Positions 13,917-18,268 of a stretch of 18,268 nt of DNA are shown in pieces. The stretch's first letter is position 1, and each line of letters starts with the position of its first letter. The translations under genes were made by a program, and so were the position numbers. The DNA lies in assembly GCA_964411615.1 (NCBI GenBank), contig CAYPLO010000006.1, positions 7,524-25,791 of the forward strand. Direction: 5' to 3'. Source of the stretch: an uncultured Aquificales bacterium. Lineage in GTDB: Bacteria; Thermosulfidibacterota; Thermosulfidibacteria; Thermosulfidibacterales; Thermosulfidibacteraceae. Below the pieces are notes generated by a model. That model saw nothing but the letters and a program-made list of their open reading frames with translations, was not told the DNA's origin and made no database searches.

Positions 13917-15494
13917 ATGGTCGGATACATCCAGCGCAACATCAAGAAGTTCAGCGTGGTTCTGTGGATTATAGTGGCGGCTTTTGTGGGAACCATCTTC
14001 CTCGTATGGGGAAGGGGCTCCCTCACGGGGCTCGGCGGTAACTACGTGGCCAAGGTGGGGGACGTGGAGATAGGCATAAGGGACTTTGAGAGGGCCTACT
14101 CCAACATGCTGGATGTTTACAGAAACATATACAAGGAGAAGTTCTCTCCCCAGCTGGCAAAAGCCCTGGGGATAAAGGAGCAGGCCCTGTCCTACCTCAT
14201 AGACCAGGCCGTGGTGCTGAACATAGCACTTAAAGAAGGATTCACAGTATCCCCACAGGAGGTTGCGGAAGCCCTGAGCAGTGTGAAGGCGTTCCAGGTG
14301 AACGGCAGGTTTGACAAGGAGAGGTACAGGCGGGTCCTCAGACTCAACGGATACACACCTGTGGAGTTTGAAAGGCAGCTATACAACGAGATTCTCAGGA
14401 GGAAGCTTGAGTCCGTGGTGAAGGCCTCGGTGGTGCTTGCACCCAAGGAGTTGGAGGTCTTCGCCAGGGGACTGCTACAGAAGGCCAGGGTAGCCTACTT
14501 CGTGGCAGACCTGGGGGATTTTACCAACATGGCATCGGTGAGCCAGGAGGAAGCACTGGACTTCTACAAGAAGCACAAGGAGCTATTCAGGACAGAACCA
14601 CAGCTTGAGCTTGAGTATGTCGTGATAAGCCCAGGCCAATTCAAAGACAAAGTGCTGGTTACCGAGGAAGAGGTGGAAAGGTTCTACAAGGAGAATCCGG
14701 ACCTCTTCATGGACAAAGAGGGGAAGGTCAAGCCTTTAAAGGATGTGAAGAAGGAGATTGTGAAAAGGCTTAAAGAAGAGAAGGCCCGCAAAGAAGCCCT
14801 CCGCTATGCGCTAAAACTCCAGAGAAAGATGGCAAGGAGCACCATGGAGGAGGTATGCAAAAAGGAGGGCATTCCCATAGCAAAGGTTCAGCTCCAGCCT
14901 GTGTCAAAGATAAAGCTGCCCAAGCAGGTCATAGACACGGCGTTAAAGGCTGAAGAAGACAAACCCACAGATGTGATAAGGACCGACAGGGGCTTTTACA
15001 TTGTGGTGGTCACAAGGAGGATACCCTCAAGGATACCCTCCTTTGAGGAGGTGCAACAGGAGGCCATACAGAGGGTAAAGCTGGAGAAGACCCCCAAAAC
15101 GGCAGAGGACTGGGCTAAGAATCTCGTAAAGGAGAAGGGTCATCTAAAAGATATAGTGAAGGGCAAAGAGCTGAAGTATAAAGTCAAAACCAGCGAATAC
15201 TTCACCAGAAAAGGCGTGAAGATAGGAAAGGAGACCTACAAGAGACTGGCCTACAAGGCCTTGCAGATGAGGGTTGGAGACAAGGGCTACGTCATAGAGA
15301 ACGGAAAGCTTGTGGTATTTGAGGTTGTGGACTTCAAGGAGCCCGATGAGAAGGAGCTGAAGTCCAAGATGAAAGAGCTAAAAGACTTCCTCCTGGGCAG
15401 CAAGAGGGAGAAGGTGTGGAGCAGGTTTGTGAAGGAGGCAAGGGAGAGGACGGAGATAAAGATAAACAAGAAGGTCTGGGAGGCCTTCAGATGA
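13917..15494 (+). CDS. Membrane-anchored SurA N-terminal domain / PpiD-like periplasmic chaperone
   Basis: N-terminal transmembrane segment ([19 protein letters not shown]), [22 protein letters not shown]...L..NG..P..FE, two EE...FY.....LF motifs, PSFEEV. ATG 13917 follows GGAGGAGGAG. Confidence 0.88.
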   Translation: MVGYIQRNIKKFSVVLWIIVAAFVGTIFLVWGRGSLTGLGGNYVAKVGDVEIGIRDFERAYSNMLDVYRNIYKEKFSPQLAKALGIKEQALSYLIDQAVVLNIALKEGFTVSPQEVAEALSSVKAFQVNGRFDKERYRRVLRLNGYTPVEFERQLYNEILRRKLESVVKASVVLAPKELEVFARGLLQKARVAYFVADLGDFTNMASVSQEEALDFYKKHKELFRTEPQLELEYVVISPGQFKDKVLVTEEEVERFYKENPDLFMDKEGKVKPLKDVKKEIVKRLKEEKARKEALRYALKLQRKMARSTMEEVCKKEGIPIAKVQLQPVSKIKLPKQVIDTALKAEEDKPTDVIRTDRGFYIVVVTRRIPSRIPSFEEVQQEAIQRVKLEKTPKTAEDWAKNLVKEKGHLKDIVKGKELKYKVKTSEYFTRKGVKIGKETYKRLAYKALQMRVGDKGYVIENGKLVVFEVVDFKEPDEKELKSKMKELKDFLLGSKREKVWSRFVKEARERTEIKINKKVWEAFR

Positions 15495-16021
15495 AGTTGA
15501 AAAAGCTTCTCATGAATGCTCAGGAGATAGAGAGGACCCTCAACAGGATGGCCCACGAGATAGTTGAGAGGAACAGAGGGATTGAAGACCTCTGCCTCAT
15601 AGGGATAAGGAGAAGGGGAGATGTCCTGGCGGAGAGGATAGCCCGAATACTCAAAGGTATTGAAGGCAAAGAGGTTCCCGTAGGAGCCCTTGATATAACC
15701 CTCTACAGAGACGACCTCAGCCTCCTCAATCCCGTCCCCGTTGTGGGGAAGACCAGCATCCCCTGCGACATAAACGGTAAAAGGGTGGTGATTGTGGATG
15801 ATGTGATATTCACCGGAAGGACGGTGAGGGCCGCCCTTGACGCCATAGTTGACTACGGAAGACCCAGCTGTATCCAGCTTGCGGTGCTCGTCGACAGGGG
15901 GCACAGGGAGCTCCCCATCCACCCCGACTATGTGGGGAAGGTGATTCCCACATCAAAGGAGGAGAACGTGGTGGTTCTGCTGAAAGAGGTGGACGGTGAG
16001 GAGGCTGTGGGCATAGTCTAA
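15491..16021 (+). CDS. pyrR: Bifunctional pyrimidine regulatory protein / uracil phosphoribosyltransferase PyrR
   Basis: [31 protein letters not shown]-binding [28 protein letters not shown]. Start moved from 15416 to ATG 15491 (ATGA overlap with the upstream gene). Confidence 0.97.
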   Translation: MKLKKLLMNAQEIERTLNRMAHEIVERNRGIEDLCLIGIRRRGDVLAERIARILKGIEGKEVPVGALDITLYRDDLSLLNPVPVVGKTSIPCDINGKRVVIVDDVIFTGRTVRAALDAIVDYGRPSCIQLAVLVDRGHRELPIHPDYVGKVIPTSKEENVVVLLKEVDGEEAVGIV

Positions 16022-16033
16022 GCGGAGGGCACT

Positions 16034-16948
16034 ATGTTCAGCAAGAGACACCTTCTTGGCATATGCGAACTTGAAAAGCACGAGATAGAGACCATCCTGG
16101 AGTCTGCAGAGTCCATGAAGGAGGTGCTGTCAAGGGATATAAAGAAGGTGCCCACCCTCAGGGGAAAGACCATAGTGAATCTATTCTTTGAACCCAGCAC
16201 AAGGACACGCACCTCCTTTGAGATAGCGGGAAAGAGGCTGTCCGCCGATGTTGTGAACTTCTCCTCAGGGGGAAGCAGCCTGTCCAAGGGGGAGACGCTA
16301 AAGGATACAGTGAGAAACATAGAGGCCATGGTGGTGGACGCCATAGTTGTGAGGCACAGAGCGGAAGGGGTCCCCTGGTATATAGCCTCCTTCAGTAAGG
16401 CATCCGTCATAAATGCAGGGGATGGTAAGCACGAGCACCCATCCCAGGCCCTGCTGGATGTGTTCACCATAAAGGAGAAGAAGGGCAGAGTTGAGGGGCT
16501 TAACGTGGCCATTGTGGGGGACATAACCCACAGCAGGGTGGCAAGGTCCGACATACTGGCGCTGAAAAAACTGGGGGCAACTCCCATAGTGGTTGGACCA
16601 CCCACAATGATTCCTAAGTACGTTGAGGCCTTAGAGGTTGAACAGGCAGGCTCCATAGACGAAGTCCTCCCCTATGCGGATGTGATAATAATGCTCAGGA
16701 TACAGAAGGAGAGGATGAGCTCACCCCTGTTCCCATCAATCAGGGAGTACTCAAGGCTATTTGGCCTTAACGCAAAGAAGCTATCAAGGGCGAGAAAGGA
16801 TGTGATAGTGATGCATCCTGGGCCTGTAAACTGGGGAGTTGAGCTTTCACCGGATATAATGGAACACGAAAGGAACGTGATACTTGACCAGGTCACAAAC
16901 GGTGTGGCGGTGCGCATGGCCATTCTGTATCTACTGCTGAGCAGATGA
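16034..16948 (+). CDS. pyrB: Aspartate carbamoyltransferase catalytic subunit
   Basis: FFEPSTRTRTSFE, SKGETL.DT, INAGDG.HEHPSQALLD, GDITHSRVARS, LRIQKER, MHPGPVN, QVTNGVAVRMA. GGAGG ribosome-binding site upstream. Confidence 0.98.
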   Translation: MFSKRHLLGICELEKHEIETILESAESMKEVLSRDIKKVPTLRGKTIVNLFFEPSTRTRTSFEIAGKRLSADVVNFSSGGSSLSKGETLKDTVRNIEAMVVDAIVVRHRAEGVPWYIASFSKASVINAGDGKHEHPSQALLDVFTIKEKKGRVEGLNVAIVGDITHSRVARSDILALKKLGATPIVVGPPTMIPKYVEALEVEQAGSIDEVLPYADVIIMLRIQKERMSSPLFPSIREYSRLFGLNAKKLSRARKDVIVMHPGPVNWGVELSPDIMEHERNVILDQVTNGVAVRMAILYLLLSR

Positions 16949-17364
16949 GGGTAAGAACCGCAAGTCCGGAGGAGACCGAGAGGATAGCCTCAGAGGTGGC
17001 CGGCAAACTCGGCAGAGGAACGCTGGTGCTGCTTTCGGGACAGCTTGGGGCCGGAAAGACCTGCTTCGTGAGGGGGCTGGCCAAGGGATTGGGTATAGAG
17101 GAGCCTGTAACGAGTCCCACCTTCACCATAGTGAACCAGTACTCGGGCAGTTCCTGTACCCTGTTCCACGTGGACCTGTACAGGCTTGACAGGTTCCCCG
17201 AAGAGGACATCTCCCTTGAGGAGATGCTATCAGAAGGGATAGTGGCGGTTGAATGGTGGGAAAAGGACCGAGAGTTCTTTGCACAGATAACCCCCAGGCT
17301 TGAGGTTGATATAGAGGTGGTCTCAGAAGAAGAGAGGGAGATAAGACTGAGGTGGCTCCGATAG
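16945..17364 (+). CDS. tsaE: tRNA threonylcarbamoyladenosine (t6A) biosynthesis ATPase TsaE
   Basis: GQLGAGKT, VTSPTFTIVNQY, HVDLYRL, VEW. ATGA overlap with pyrB. Confidence 0.96.
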   Translation: MRVRTASPEETERIASEVAGKLGRGTLVLLSGQLGAGKTCFVRGLAKGLGIEEPVTSPTFTIVNQYSGSSCTLFHVDLYRLDRFPEEDISLEEMLSEGIVAVEWWEKDREFFAQITPRLEVDIEVVSEEEREIRLRWLR

Positions 17365-18212
17365 ATGGCATAAAGAAGCTACTGGACATGATAAAGTTCC
17401 CCCACACCGTCTTTGCCCTGCCCTTTGCCCTAACCTCCGCACTGATAGCAGCCAGGGGGATACCAGACGGTAGGACCCTATTCTGGATACTGGTGGCCAT
17501 GGTGGGTGCCCGCTCCGGAGCCATGGCCTTCAACAGATGGGCCGATGCCGAGATAGACGCCCTGAATCCAAGGACCAGAGACAGACACATCCCGAGGGGA
17601 GAGATAAAAAAGGAGCACGCCCTGATATTCTGCATAGTCTCATACGCACTTCTGGTGCTTGCAGCTTATAAGCTCAATCCCCTCTGCTTCTACCTCTCCC
17701 CAATAGCCATACTGGTGACGGCGGGGTACTCCTACACAAAGAGGTTCACATGGGCATCCCACTTGATACTGGGCCTTGCCCTCTCCATGGCTCCAATAGG
17801 TGCATGGATAGCGGTTAAGGGCAACATAGAGGCAACTCCCCTGATTCTGGGAGCCGCCGTGCTCTTCTGGGTGGCAGGCTTTGACATACTCTACGCCCTC
17901 CAGGACATAGAGTTTGATAGAAAATACGGGCTTTACTCCATCCCCAGATTCTTAGGGGTTGAGAAGTCCATATGGGTTGCCAGGGCATTCCACGCCATAA
18001 CCGTGGCCCTACTCATAGCCACAAAGGAGGTCTCCCAAGTACTGGACGGCGTTTTCTGTGCAGGGGTGGTGGTTGCAGCCTGCATCCTCTTCTACGAACA
18101 TACCCTTGTAAAGCCCGACGACCTGTCAAAGCTTGATGTGGCCTTCTTCAACATGAACGGCTACATGAGCGTTGCGGTATTCGTATTCACCCTCATAGAT
18201 GTCTTAATATAA
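17352..18212 (+). CDS. UbiA-family polyprenyltransferase, MqnP-like subfamily (futalosine-pathway menaquinone biosynthesis, inferred)
   Basis: IKFPHTVFALPFA, ARSGAMAFNRWADAEIDALNPRT..R.IP.G, YSYTKRFT, GFDILYALQD.EFD, AFFNMNG; multiple transmembrane segments. Exact start uncertain. Confidence 0.9.
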   Translation: MAPIDGIKKLLDMIKFPHTVFALPFALTSALIAARGIPDGRTLFWILVAMVGARSGAMAFNRWADAEIDALNPRTRDRHIPRGEIKKEHALIFCIVSYALLVLAAYKLNPLCFYLSPIAILVTAGYSYTKRFTWASHLILGLALSMAPIGAWIAVKGNIEATPLILGAAVLFWVAGFDILYALQDIEFDRKYGLYSIPRFLGVEKSIWVARAFHAITVALLIATKEVSQVLDGVFCAGVVVAACILFYEHTLVKPDDLSKLDVAFFNMNGYMSVAVFVFTLIDVLI

Positions 18213-18213
18213 G

Positions 18214-18268
18214 ATGCCCGAAAGAAGTGGAGACTGGATAAGACAGGCTGAGAAAGATTTGGAGAATG
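18214..18268 (+). CDS. 5' fragment of a probable HEPN-domain protein, truncated by the window edge
   Basis: ATG 1 nt after the prenyltransferase stop; translates MPERSGDWIRQAEKDLEN..., matching the W.RQA..DL..A first helix typical of small HEPN proteins. Only 18 codons are visible. Confidence 0.6.
   Translation, partial: MPERSGDWIRQAEKDLEN

Noticed and set aside
13234..14026. Alternative - strand ORFs 13234-13872 and 13835-14026
   Set aside because: They overlap hemH or the chaperone gene out of frame or antisense, and show no family motifs.
15416..15490. N-terminal extension of PyrR
   Set aside because: Overlaps the chaperone gene; ATG 15491 gives an ATGA overlap and a normal PyrR length.
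15287..17635. Several 100-212 aa - strand ORFs opposite pyrR, pyrB, tsaE and the prenyltransferase
   Set aside because: Antisense shadows of well-supported genes.

Overview
Gene-dense housekeeping region of a bacterial chromosome, probably from a thermophile (inferred from frequent AGG/ATA codons and Glu/Lys/Arg-rich proteins; the taxon cannot be fixed from the sequence). Three blocks are present. (1) + strand: 3' end of an unknown gene, then fmt, ccdA, ligA and a 104-aa hypothetical gene. (2) - strand, converging on block 1: hemH, a HemY-type oxidase, parA, parB, then atpF'-atpF-atpH-atpA-atpG-atpD-atpC; the Fo a and c subunit genes are absent from the window. (3) + strand, diverging from block 2: a SurA_N/PpiD-like chaperone, pyrR, pyrB, tsaE, a UbiA/MqnP-type prenyltransferase, and the first 18 codons of a probable HEPN-domain protein that the ORF track misses. 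I found no RNA genes, CRISPR arrays or mobile elements, and I cannot support a claim of a complete novel system. The best leads are the hairpin-bracketed hypothetical gene after ligA, the HEPN gene at the right edge, the coupling of heme genes to parAB and atp with a possibly leaderless start, a parS-like palindrome inside tsaE, and pyrR lacking an attenuator leader. Family assignments come from motif recognition by eye; no searches were run.
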